Positions 19,105 to 27,804 of a stretch of 64,000 bases of DNA are shown here, in pieces; position 1 is the stretch's first letter, and each line of letters begins with the position of its first letter. A model generated the notes under the pieces. The model was not told where the DNA came from. It worked only from the letters and a program-made list of their open reading frames with translations, and made no database searches. Source of the DNA: a virus; IMG/VR virus record IMGVR_UViG_3300030108_004854, positions 1-64,000 of that record. One strand, given 5' to 3'. The translations under genes and the position numbers were made by a program.

Positions 19105-19341
19105 ATGACAAAACCAGGGCCGAGAGCGACGGCACCTCGTTTCAAAGTTGGTGATCGTGTATTACACAAATCCAACCCAATGAATAACGTTGCACGTTGC
19201 AGAGCTGGGGTAGTAACCCAAGTGATGTACAAAAAAAACAGCAGAGGACACAAACAACCCTTTGTTGAAATTAAATTCGATCACTCACAGCGACCAGAAA
19301 TCTTTATGTCTATTCGTGTTATGCACGAAACAAAAGATTGA
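19105..19341 (+). CDS. SH3/KOW-like small protein
   Basis: RFKVGDRV...GVVTQV...VEIKFD pattern. Confidence 0.6.
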   Translation: MTKPGPRATAPRFKVGDRVLHKSNPMNNVARCRAGVVTQVMYKKNSRGHKQPFVEIKFDHSQRPEIFMSIRVMHETKD

Positions 19342-19661
19342 TGGCTTACGTACACATCAATCATGTTAAAGAACATGAAGAAATTCTTGTTGGCCCACGT
19401 GGTGGTGTTTATGTCATCCGTAAAGGCAGACAAGTAACTGTTACAGACAAACCAATTACACGCGATAAGCATTACAAACCCAAACGTGGTGCTTACAATC
19501 GTTTCACTCAACATCAAATGAATGCAATCACAGGTTCAACTGAAATGGGTAACACCACAAGCAGAAAACGAAATCGTAGAGATGGCCAGAGTGTCAGCTC
19601 CAAAAAACGCAAAGAACATGGAGACAGGTCCAAAGCTTTTACGTTATCTCATCAAACATAA
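19338..19661 (+). CDS. small basic protein with GPRGGxY motif
   Basis: EEILVGPRGGVYVIRKG; 3' part overlaps thyX. Confidence 0.45.
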   Translation: MMAYVHINHVKEHEEILVGPRGGVYVIRKGRQVTVTDKPITRDKHYKPKRGAYNRFTQHQMNAITGSTEMGNTTSRKRNRRDGQSVSSKKRKEHGDRSKAFTLSHQT

Positions 19662-20187
19662 GCACTGGTCGCCATTTGAAATGGCTAACATGTGCGTTAC
19701 AATATCAACTTCAAGGGGAATTGCACCACAGATACTGAGGCATCGCAGCTTCACGTTCCAGGAATTCTCTTTGAGATACGCCAATACAAATCAAATTGGT
19801 CGTGTTGAAACGCCTGAGTTACGCGCTCAAGATTTTAAAAACAGGCAAAACTCCACTCCTGATCTTAAAAATAAGTTGGGTGTTGAAAGATACGCTGCAT
19901 TACAGCGTCTTGTTTCTATTCATATGGAAGATGCTGAGCATCTATACCAAGAACTGTTGAGTGCTGGTGTTGCAAAAGAGTCTGCACGTTTTGTGTTACC
20001 TCTGGCTGCACCAAGCAAACTTCATATGAATGGAACACTCAGGTCATGGGTGCATTACATCGATCTGCGTACTGACAATGGTACGCAAAAAGAACACAAA
20101 GAGATTGCAGAGCAATGCAAAGCAATCTTCCAACAACAATTTCCTATTATTTCTGAAGCATTATGGCCAGACCAACAGTCCAATTAG
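19522..20187 (+). CDS. thyX: FAD-dependent thymidylate synthase
   Basis: HWSPFE and RHRSFTFQEFSLRY ThyX motifs; ESARFVLP. Confidence 0.95.
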   Translation: MQSQVQLKWVTPQAENEIVEMARVSAPKNAKNMETGPKLLRYLIKHKHWSPFEMANMCVTISTSRGIAPQILRHRSFTFQEFSLRYANTNQIGRVETPELRAQDFKNRQNSTPDLKNKLGVERYAALQRLVSIHMEDAEHLYQELLSAGVAKESARFVLPLAAPSKLHMNGTLRSWVHYIDLRTDNGTQKEHKEIAEQCKAIFQQQFPIISEALWPDQQSN

Positions 20188-20498
20188 TTTGTTCCTGTTG
20201 TGGAACAATGTTTAAACGTGAATCAAGACGCGAACAGTATCGTGTTATGCACAGACATGCAGGTCCTTATTGCAGTAGAAGCTGTGCTTCTAAAAGCAAA
20301 AGAACTTATGATCGTGTTGCCGGTAGAGAACATCCAAACTCTATTCTTACTGAGAATGATGTTAGAAGGATACGCAGGCAACTTAAATATGGTGTGCCAG
20401 TTAAGAACATCATGATTCTTACTGGTATGTCTGAGAATTGTATTCGTTCAATTCAATACAGAAAAACTTGGAAGCACGTAAAAGATTATGCAGCTTGA
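20163..20498 (+). CDS. Zn-finger plus HTH protein (homing-endonuclease-associated domains)
   Basis: CSCCG..F, YCSRSC and NSILTENDVRRIR...RKTWKHV; no HNH core seen. Confidence 0.6.
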   Translation: MARPTVQLVCSCCGTMFKRESRREQYRVMHRHAGPYCSRSCASKSKRTYDRVAGREHPNSILTENDVRRIRRQLKYGVPVKNIMILTGMSENCIRSIQYRKTWKHVKDYAA

Positions 20499-20670
20499 AG
20501 ATGCACTTGATCTGATCTACAAAGGTCAAACCAACGTAGCTGTCATGGCAAAAAAAGTAGGCGTCTCATTAGATGAAATGAAACGCCTGTTTGGTTATTA
20601 CGTTAGTCAGCGACCTATTGATCCAGATGTATGGCAAGCTGATGTAAAACCAAGCTGGCCCTGGGCTTAA
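20488..20670 (+). CDS. small HTH-like protein
   Basis: 60 aa, NVAVMAKKVGVSLDEMKR. Confidence 0.6.
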   Translation: MQLEDALDLIYKGQTNVAVMAKKVGVSLDEMKRLFGYYVSQRPIDPDVWQADVKPSWPWA

Positions 20671-20823
20671 TTACTTAAGCCGTTTACGATCTAATTTGGC
20701 TTGGAACTTTTCACGTTCCTGTTTAATTTCATCCCTTGATACCCAAACCGAATGGATTGAATTCAATGTCGGGCTGGTACGTTCGTACTTAACGCCTCGA
20801 TAAGTCAGTGTCTTGGTAGACAT
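20671..20823 (-). CDS. DUF4278-family small protein
   Basis: 50 aa MSTKTLTYRGVKYER..., translated by hand; LTYRGVxY signature, GGAGG SD, riboswitch upstream. Confidence 0.85.
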   Translation of the reverse strand: MSTKTLTYRGVKYERTSPTLNSIHSVWVSRDEIKQEREKFQAKLDRKRLK

Positions 20824-20839
20824 GATGTCCTCCGCTAAA

Positions 20840-20892
20840 ACCTAGACCCCGTTCCCTGTCTAGTGAATTGCGCCCCAGTGGGGTGAACGTAC
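20840..20892 (-). ncRNA. Downstream-peptide motif (glutamine-II riboswitch)
   Basis: minus strand CGTTCA-CCCC-ACT-GGGG-CGCA-ATTCA-CTAGAC-AG-GGAACG-GG-GTCTAG; CGTTC/GAACG and CTAGAC/GTCTAG pairings; precedes a YRG peptide. Confidence 0.85.
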
Positions 20893-20946
20893 TTGTATTT
20901 TATCACTCATCTTAGAATGAACAAAGCACCTGTTTCAAAGATCACA

Positions 20947-23106
20947 ATGTCAATAGAAAGAGATCCGTACACTGGTGAAATAACTTATTACAATGACGCT
21001 ACTGGAGCTGAAATAACTGAAGCTGAGCATAACTTAGAGCGAGACCGCCAGGCACGTTCAGCAGGTTATGAATCATTTTATGATTACGTACGTCAGGTGC
21101 AAAGAGATATGGAGGAAGAAGCATCGGCATTCATGGAAGACGGTATACCAGATACACTGGATGCACAGGATTTTGAAAGAGCTGCTCTTGATCAACAACA
21201 ACTACAACAACAAGCAGATTTTATAGATCGGCTTGGTCTTAATGATCCACCCCGTGTAAATATGCAGGAGTTAACTCCTGATAACGTATACGAAATGCGT
21301 CAGCTTGGTTTTAATAGTGCACAAGTTTCAGATGCTATTGAACGAAGAAGCAGACAATTAGATGAAGCAGGTGTATCAGCTGAGGAAAGAAACTATAGAG
21401 CAAGAGGTTACGTCGGCAATGACAGATATTTATCTGGAACAGGTGAAGGTCAAACCCTACGGTTTCTTGATCCTGAAATGCAAGCACGTTTTGAAGCAGA
21501 TGTAGCAGCCGAAGAACAACGAATAAGACAAGAAAATAAACCTATCAATCGAGCACGTAGAACCTTAGCTGGAGTCAGAAATAATGTTATAGATTTTCCA
21601 CGGCAAACTGGCCTTTTACTTAATCAAGTTACTGATCGCATTGATGATAACATCACTCAAGTTGTTAGAGGCTATAGAAACATTCTTGATTTAGATCGTC
21701 CTGTTTATGATCCAAAATACCTTCCTGAAGGTGCTAACCCTGACTTTAATTACTACACACAACTACTAGAAGATTCACGTATAGGTTATTCACCTAGCAA
21801 TAAAATTAGAACTAATTTAATGTTACAACCTGATGGGCGTGGATATGATTTTAGCTTTCAAGGTCCAGAAGGTTTTGCAGATTCAAAGAAATTAAAAATT
21901 CAAAATCAAAGAACAGAAGACCTTATTGCAGGCAAGAAACAATATATAGCAGACTTGTATCGCAATAATGAAAAGGCTACTCATTCTATGACTCCTTTTA
22001 AAGATAGAATTGATCAAGAAAACCGAAAGATTAGAGATTATAGATATCGTATTAATTACAATAAGGATAAAATTAATACGATGAAATCACCTACCTATCA
22101 ACCCACTTTGGGTTACATGATAGGAACAGAACTAGATAAAGTAAAACCTGGAGAATACTTTAGTCAAAATCCTATAGGTGGACCAGGAGGTCAAAGAGAT
22201 AAATTGTATAGCAGAATGAGCAAAGGAGTATTGAAAGCTCAACCTTTTGGTTATGCAAAAGTACAACGTATAAATCCAACCACTTGGTTGCGTGATGATG
22301 TACCAATGGAATGGGACCCAGGAACTTTAAAAGACCCTGCAATACGAAAAGCATTTGGTGTACCCAAAGAAACCGATGTATCTATCTACCGTGATAGAAC
22401 AATGTTTGAGCAACCTATTTATCAAAAAGGCGGACCTCTTTCTTCAGGAAAAACAGCAGTCGCTCTTGGTTCGCATGAGTTTAGACTGCCACGTGCTCTT
22501 AGTAATGCAACATTAGGTGGCCTGTATGAATCTATACCATCTGCAGAAGTTATTAAAGCAACTGGTGAAGAAGGCATAGGTGCTGGTATTAAAACATATG
22601 CAAGTGAAATTATGGAAGGATTGCCTTACATGGCAGGTTTAGCTGGTGCTACTTATGTAGTTCCTGCATTAGCAAGTGTTGCACCACCAGTTCTTGGTGG
22701 ACTGGGCGTGTATGAAGCTGGTCGTTCTGTCAATGAATTAAGTAGACAAACAACAGGTGAAACTGCATTATCTAAACTTCAGCAAACAGCAGGCAAGGTA
22801 GCGCCAGGTGTCTTAGGTAAACCATCAACTGGTTCTGCTTATAGATATAACGAAGATGCTAGAGCAAAAGAAGAAAGGTTAAGAAAAATTGCAAGTGGTG
22901 AACTTGTTGAGCCAATCCCACAATTAAATGCTTATACCCCCTTACCAATTTCAATGGTTACTAGACCTCAACAAGAACTAGATGCTTATAGAGATCAACA
23001 GCCAACTGCATCTAACCCATTGGTTCAACGCATCCAACTTGCAGGTAAAAGATTCAATCCAGCTAGAGGTGAGTTTGGTTTAACTGAATTGTTTTTTGGA
23101 CAATAA
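20947..23106 (+). CDS. large hypothetical protein, virion-like composition
   Basis: about 720 aa; Gly/Ala hydrophobic C-terminal segments; start moved from 20893. Confidence 0.7.
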   Translation: MSIERDPYTGEITYYNDATGAEITEAEHNLERDRQARSAGYESFYDYVRQVQRDMEEEASAFMEDGIPDTLDAQDFERAALDQQQLQQQADFIDRLGLNDPPRVNMQELTPDNVYEMRQLGFNSAQVSDAIERRSRQLDEAGVSAEERNYRARGYVGNDRYLSGTGEGQTLRFLDPEMQARFEADVAAEEQRIRQENKPINRARRTLAGVRNNVIDFPRQTGLLLNQVTDRIDDNITQVVRGYRNILDLDRPVYDPKYLPEGANPDFNYYTQLLEDSRIGYSPSNKIRTNLMLQPDGRGYDFSFQGPEGFADSKKLKIQNQRTEDLIAGKKQYIADLYRNNEKATHSMTPFKDRIDQENRKIRDYRYRINYNKDKINTMKSPTYQPTLGYMIGTELDKVKPGEYFSQNPIGGPGGQRDKLYSRMSKGVLKAQPFGYAKVQRINPTTWLRDDVPMEWDPGTLKDPAIRKAFGVPKETDVSIYRDRTMFEQPIYQKGGPLSSGKTAVALGSHEFRLPRALSNATLGGLYESIPSAEVIKATGEEGIGAGIKTYASEIMEGLPYMAGLAGATYVVPALASVAPPVLGGLGVYEAGRSVNELSRQTTGETALSKLQQTAGKVAPGVLGKPSTGSAYRYNEDARAKEERLRKIASGELVEPIPQLNAYTPLPISMVTRPQQELDAYRDQQPTASNPLVQRIQLAGKRFNPARGEFGLTELFFGQ

Positions 23107-23109
23107 AAG

Positions 23110-23136
23110 CTAGGCATCTTTATGTGTAAGTCCTAG
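23110..23136 (+). ncRNA. UAAG-bulged hairpin motif A, copy 5
   Basis: CTAGG-CA..TG-TAAGT-CCTAG. Confidence 0.65.
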
Positions 23137-23155
23137 ACTACGCTTTATTTTATCC

Positions 23156-23581
23156 ATGCTTCCTGAAAATCAATTTCATTCCAATCAACCAATGCCGAAG
23201 CCTGCACCAGCAACTATTGATGTTGACAGGACTAAATACTATGACACTCAAGGTGTTGTAGACAGAACATTTATGAGTCGTTTTAGCATCATAAAAGCTG
23301 TAAAGAATGGTCGATTCCCTGCTCCAGAATTTAAAAAACAACGTCATTGCTTTTATTGCAAAAAGAAAGTAGATCAATGGATAGCAGATAATCCAAATTT
23401 TACTAACCTTCCTACACCAAGAACAACTACTACGCTTAATGTAACTTTTTCTGCAGCAGAATTAAAAATGATTAGTAATGCAGCTAAAGCATTGGGTTGT
23501 ACAGTAGATTTTTTTGTTGCAGATGCAACACTCTGGAAAGCCCGTGGCGTAAAAAAACGATTAGAATATGAAAATAATTAA
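23156..23581 (+). CDS. AlpA/excisionase-like DNA-binding protein with RHH-like C-terminus
   Basis: MSRFSIIKAVKNGRFPAP...VDQWI, then LNVTFSAAELKMISNAAKALG. Confidence 0.6.
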   Translation: MLPENQFHSNQPMPKPAPATIDVDRTKYYDTQGVVDRTFMSRFSIIKAVKNGRFPAPEFKKQRHCFYCKKKVDQWIADNPNFTNLPTPRTTTTLNVTFSAAELKMISNAAKALGCTVDFFVADATLWKARGVKKRLEYENN

Positions 23582-23634
23582 GGGGTTGCAATAAATAATA
23601 AATACCGTAGTCTTCTAAAAGATTCAACAAAACA

Positions 23635-23865
23635 TTGAGTTATTTAATTACTACGGTTATAAATGGTATTCCCCATGCTATTTATCCAAATTCAAATGCT
23701 GGTAAGTTTGAACTAATACAGATAGTAAAAGACAGTGAGATTTCAAAAGCTTTCTGTTCTCCAACTAAAACTGGTGCTGTTCAAATTCTTAATTGGATAA
23801 ATAAAAATGACCAACAGCTTTCATTACAAGAACTCTCAGTTCAACCTGAAGCCAAATTCCTTTAA
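23635..23865 (+). CDS. hypothetical protein
   Basis: 76 aa, TTG start. Confidence 0.5.
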   Translation: MSYLITTVINGIPHAIYPNSNAGKFELIQIVKDSEISKAFCSPTKTGAVQILNWINKNDQQLSLQELSVQPEAKFL

Positions 23866-25666
23866 TGAAAACTATCTCGTTTTTGATATTGAAACAAACG
23901 GATTATACGATGAAGCAACAGAGTTATTTTGCGTGGCAATACACGATGTCGTACGAAACGAAACTATTGGTTATGGGCCTGGGTCTATTGATAGGGCTAT
24001 TGACAGGTTGGCTTCTGCTACTTGTCTTATCGGTCACAATATAATTTTTTATGATTTACCAGTATTAAAAAAGTTACTAGACTTTAACACCACATCTCAT
24101 GTCATTGACACACTCATCTGCACCAGGCTCATTTGGCCCAAAGAAAAATTACAAGAAGTCGATACAGATCACTACCAAAATGTGCCACCTAAGCTCAGAG
24201 GGTCAGCCTCACTTAAGGCTTGGGGCTACAGACTTGGTAACTTCAAAGACAATTTTACCGATTTTTCTGCGTTCACCCCAGAAATGTTGGAGTACTGTAA
24301 ACAAGATTGTAATGTCACAACCTCTTTATACCACCTCATCACCACTGACCCAATCAAAGCTTCGGCTCTTCGGCTGGAACATGATTTCGCTCAAGCAATT
24401 AATAAACAAATTAGATCAGGCTTTCCTTTTGATACTAATCAATGTTTTAATTTTGTGGATGAACTTGAAGCTAGAAAAAAAATAGTTGAAACAGAACTTA
24501 CTACTAAAGCATTTCCTCCAATTCAACATGAAGAAATCGTAACACCAAAAGCATCAAACAAAACAAAAGGAATCATCAAGGGAGTGCCTTACACTAAAGT
24601 TACTGTTGAACATTTCAATCCTGCTTCACGACAACAAACAGTACGTCGTCTCCAAGATAAGTACGGCTGGGTACCAGAGGCAACAACAGAGAAAGGAAAT
24701 CCAATCTTAAATGATGATGTTCTTTCTCAACTTCCATACCCTGAAGCCAAGCTATTGGCTGAGTATCAGCTGCTAAAGAAACGTCTAGGACAGATCAAAG
24801 ATGGAGACAATGCATGGCTCAAACTTGTTGGTGACGATGGCAAAATGCACGGCGATCTTATTACCAATGGTTGTATCACCGGTCGTGCTAGCCATCGAAC
24901 TCCGAACATGGGGCAGATCCCAGCAGTTTATTCACCTTATGGTGATAGATGTCGTTCGTTATTTGGTCCCCCTCCTGGCCGCATTTTATTGGGTGCTGAT
25001 GCTAAGGCATTGGAACTTCGCTGCTTGGCTGGTTACTTAGCACTATGGGACGGCGGCGAGTATGGCGAAGTTGTCACTGATGACAGCCAAGACATTCACA
25101 CTTACAACCAACAACGATTCGGAGTTACTACACGTGACATTTCAAAACGACTACTCTACGCCGTACTTTACGGAGCTGGCTTCATCAAAGCCGGTACAAT
25201 CGTGGACCCAAAAGAAAAAAATCCCGACAAGCTTAAGCAGTTGGGAAGAGAAGCAATCATGGGTTTCATGGAAGGCGTCCCAGCGCTCCAAAAACTTAAA
25301 GCGACGCTCAAATCTAATCTTGAAAAGCGTGGGCACCTTATTGGTCTTGACCGTAGGCCTTTGTACTGTCGCTCTGAATTCAAGGCCTTAAATGTATTGC
25401 TTCAATCTGCTGGCGCAATTATCATGAAACAAGTTGTGGTTAATCTGCATCAGCTAACAGCTAACAGCCAATTAATATATGGATCTGATTGGGAACAACA
25501 CGCCATGATTCATGATGAAGTTCAGTTGTCTGTGCAACCAGATTTAGTACAGACAATTAAACCTCTGGTATTGGAATCATTTTTAAAAGCAGGAACGTTC
25601 TATGATTTCAAGTGTCTCATTGAAGGAGACATTAAAACAGGAGCTAACTGGGCATTGACACATTGA
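23807..25666 (+). CDS. polA: DNA polymerase family A (T7-like) with 3'-5' exonuclease
   Basis: exonuclease motifs FDIET, GHNIIFYD, YCKQD; polymerase motifs DAKALELR, RDISKRLLYAVLYGAG, IHDEVQ. Confidence 0.95.
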   Translation: MTNSFHYKNSQFNLKPNSFNENYLVFDIETNGLYDEATELFCVAIHDVVRNETIGYGPGSIDRAIDRLASATCLIGHNIIFYDLPVLKKLLDFNTTSHVIDTLICTRLIWPKEKLQEVDTDHYQNVPPKLRGSASLKAWGYRLGNFKDNFTDFSAFTPEMLEYCKQDCNVTTSLYHLITTDPIKASALRLEHDFAQAINKQIRSGFPFDTNQCFNFVDELEARKKIVETELTTKAFPPIQHEEIVTPKASNKTKGIIKGVPYTKVTVEHFNPASRQQTVRRLQDKYGWVPEATTEKGNPILNDDVLSQLPYPEAKLLAEYQLLKKRLGQIKDGDNAWLKLVGDDGKMHGDLITNGCITGRASHRTPNMGQIPAVYSPYGDRCRSLFGPPPGRILLGADAKALELRCLAGYLALWDGGEYGEVVTDDSQDIHTYNQQRFGVTTRDISKRLLYAVLYGAGFIKAGTIVDPKEKNPDKLKQLGREAIMGFMEGVPALQKLKATLKSNLEKRGHLIGLDRRPLYCRSEFKALNVLLQSAGAIIMKQVVVNLHQLTANSQLIYGSDWEQHAMIHDEVQLSVQPDLVQTIKPLVLESFLKAGTFYDFKCLIEGDIKTGANWALTH

Positions 25667-25680
25667 CATGTAAGCCCCAG
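25648..25680 (+). ncRNA. UAAG-bulged hairpin motif A, copy 6
   Basis: CTGGG-CAT..ATG-TAAGC-CCCAG spanning the polA stop. Confidence 0.65.
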
Positions 25681-25711
25681 ATCCTACAATCACATCACAC
25701 TATTAAAAACA

Positions 25712-26428
25712 ATGCACATTGCATTTCTTGTCGCTGAAGTCGTTGACAATCCACTGACTAAATATCAGGGGATGGACAATCGAATGAATGTTGTATCTCT
25801 TCGTTTACCTGCTGTAGGTAAAAAGAAAGTTGACACATTAATTGAATACAGGTCTTACAAAGAGATTAATCTTAGAGCGGGAGACTGTGTCCAAATTATG
25901 GATGCATCCATTCGCCACGATTACAAAACTAGAGAATGGTGGTTGATGGGAGGCAATCTTGAACGACGTGAAGCACCATGTCCTCCATACAACTATTGCA
26001 TATTTAGTGGTCGTGTGATCAAAGATCTAGATGTATCTGATCCACGCCAGTTTACTAGTACAGAAAGTGGTTTTCTTATTGCTAAAACCACACTCAGTAT
26101 TACAGCTGGTGGAGGTGAATCAGATTTAATTCCAATTACTGCAATCAATTCATCTGATGCTAAATACAAACCAGCTCAATTATTAGCTGATATGGCAGCA
26201 CGTAAAGGAATGGGTTTAACAGTTAGAGGAACATTAGTTACTGATTCTTGGACAGACAAAGAATCTGGAGAGATTAGATATAAAACCGAAATTATGTTAA
26301 AAGGTTTTACCATGGCTCCTAAAGCTAAAGCTCAAGAAATTAAACCACGTGCTGAAGTGCCTGTTGGTGCGGAACCAAAGTCACTTTGGAAACCGTTAGA
26401 CAGTGAGGATGACAACGATCCTTTTTGA
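25712..26428 (+). CDS. ssb: single-stranded DNA-binding protein (tandem OB-fold-like)
   Basis: KGMGLTVRGTLVTDSWTDKESGEIRYKTEI; acidic tail EDDNDPF. Confidence 0.75.
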   Translation: MHIAFLVAEVVDNPLTKYQGMDNRMNVVSLRLPAVGKKKVDTLIEYRSYKEINLRAGDCVQIMDASIRHDYKTREWWLMGGNLERREAPCPPYNYCIFSGRVIKDLDVSDPRQFTSTESGFLIAKTTLSITAGGGESDLIPITAINSSDAKYKPAQLLADMAARKGMGLTVRGTLVTDSWTDKESGEIRYKTEIMLKGFTMAPKAKAQEIKPRAEVPVGAEPKSLWKPLDSEDDNDPF

Positions 26429-26443
26429 AGCTATACTTCCAGC

Positions 26444-26476
26444 CTAGGCATTTGCCCTTGTCAATGTAAGCCCTAG
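26444..26476 (+). ncRNA. UAAG-bulged hairpin motif A, copy 7
   Basis: CTAGG-CATT..AATG-TAAGC-CCTAG. Confidence 0.65.
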
Positions 26477-26498
26477 ATCCCACGTCCACTAAAGTCGT

Positions 26499-27494
26499 AT
26501 GACCTCCACGATGACCAAACGCACAGCCGCAGATTTTGCAATGTTTAAAAGCCCAGAATTTATTTCTGGCTATAAGAGCATGGCAACACTGCAACCACTA
26601 AATCAAACCGACACTCACGGTCTGTTTCTGCAGAACAAAGACATTGATGTCTGCAAGTGGACAGCCAAACAGTCTGACTTCGAGAAAGGCTCAGTCCTTA
26701 TCGATTACGAACACACGTTCGGAAACAACAAAACTCCTGATCAAGGCATCTTGTTAATCAAACCCAAGATTCAGGTGCTTTGGCGTTCACCTCTGATGGT
26801 GCAGGAACGATTTGGTAAAGGTTCAGGCCTCAACCAGATCATTGGATCATTTAATGATCCATCCACCAAAGAGCTATGGAATACAGACAAGACTAAGGCT
26901 GAAGCTGATCCCAAGTACGAGCGTATGTACCAAAGCCGAACTTTGTATCTGGTAATGGTACTCAAAAAAAATCGTACTCGTGCTCATAAACTACCTATTG
27001 TTCTGACCACAAAAGGATTAGCAGCAGTCCAGATCTCTCAGAACCTCAAGCACTTTGAGGAGATGATGGGATACACCATGGACAAGTTCACTGGTGCAGC
27101 CGTGCCTCAGGTGTGGAACGAACAGTTTTTCAGCACCACGGTGTGGCAGCCAACATTTGTTCGTAAACGGGCAGGTGAACGCAAGAACGAAATCTGTGGT
27201 ATTGAGTGTTGCGAAGCACCAGACTTCAGTGATGAAGATTCAGCATTCGCATCTATTGACGCAATGACAATTCCAACAGAGGATCGAGAATCTACATGGA
27301 AAATGATGACCGATTATGAGGGATTCATTGCCATGCACTCAGCACAAAACGTCAACCAACTTGGTGGTGCGTATGGTCTCAAGCAAGGAGTAGAAATACT
27401 TCCTGCTTCCAGGGGTACAGACAAGTCAGATGAAGCTGTTGATTTAACAGCAACATCAGGACGAGACAGCCTAGGAGCTGACTCTAGCTTGTGA
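26499..27494 (+). CDS. DUF5895-like protein
   Basis: 331 aa; PKIQVLWRSPL...LYLVMVL...HKLPIVLTTKG pattern, next to ssb. Confidence 0.5.
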   Translation: MTSTMTKRTAADFAMFKSPEFISGYKSMATLQPLNQTDTHGLFLQNKDIDVCKWTAKQSDFEKGSVLIDYEHTFGNNKTPDQGILLIKPKIQVLWRSPLMVQERFGKGSGLNQIIGSFNDPSTKELWNTDKTKAEADPKYERMYQSRTLYLVMVLKKNRTRAHKLPIVLTTKGLAAVQISQNLKHFEEMMGYTMDKFTGAAVPQVWNEQFFSTTVWQPTFVRKRAGERKNEICGIECCEAPDFSDEDSAFASIDAMTIPTEDRESTWKMMTDYEGFIAMHSAQNVNQLGGAYGLKQGVEILPASRGTDKSDEAVDLTATSGRDSLGADSSL

Positions 27495-27674
27495 TTCCAT
27501 TTGGTCTAGTGCATCCTTGACTAGGCCATTGATCACTGCCTGACGGGTCGCTGCAACCTTTACAAGGAGTGTGGCGACCTCCTTTAATTCAGACAAGCTG
27601 CTACAATTCTCGATATAACGATTCATTTTCACCTTCCAAAACTCTTCTTCTGGCGAGGTTTCGAAGGTTAACAT
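27471..27674 (-). CDS. small hypothetical protein
   Basis: 67 aa helical ORF. Confidence 0.55.
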   Translation of the reverse strand: MLTFETSPEEEFWKVKMNRYIENCSSLSELKEVATLLVKVAATRQAVINGLVKDALDQMESQARVSS

Positions 27675-27804
27675 GACGTTATTTCATTTCACTCTATTGT
27701 ATCAATGTTTGAATTTTTCTGTTCAGTACTAACTCAAGTTTTTTATGCTGCTGTTAGCTGTATGGCTGCAGCTGTTCTTAACTACATCACACAACAACAA
27801 AACT

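Noticed and set aside
25455-25469. TAACAGCTAACAGCC inside polA (and AACAGCCAACTGCA near 22997) as extra boxes
   Set aside because: Mismatched, inside coding sequence and not at the usual spacing from a leader motif; may be chance
26444-26476. Motif A as a pistol or other self-cleaving ribozyme (TAAGCCCTA resemblance)
   Set aside because: The remaining pistol stems and conserved core are absent; no hammerhead CUGAUGA/GAAA core seen either
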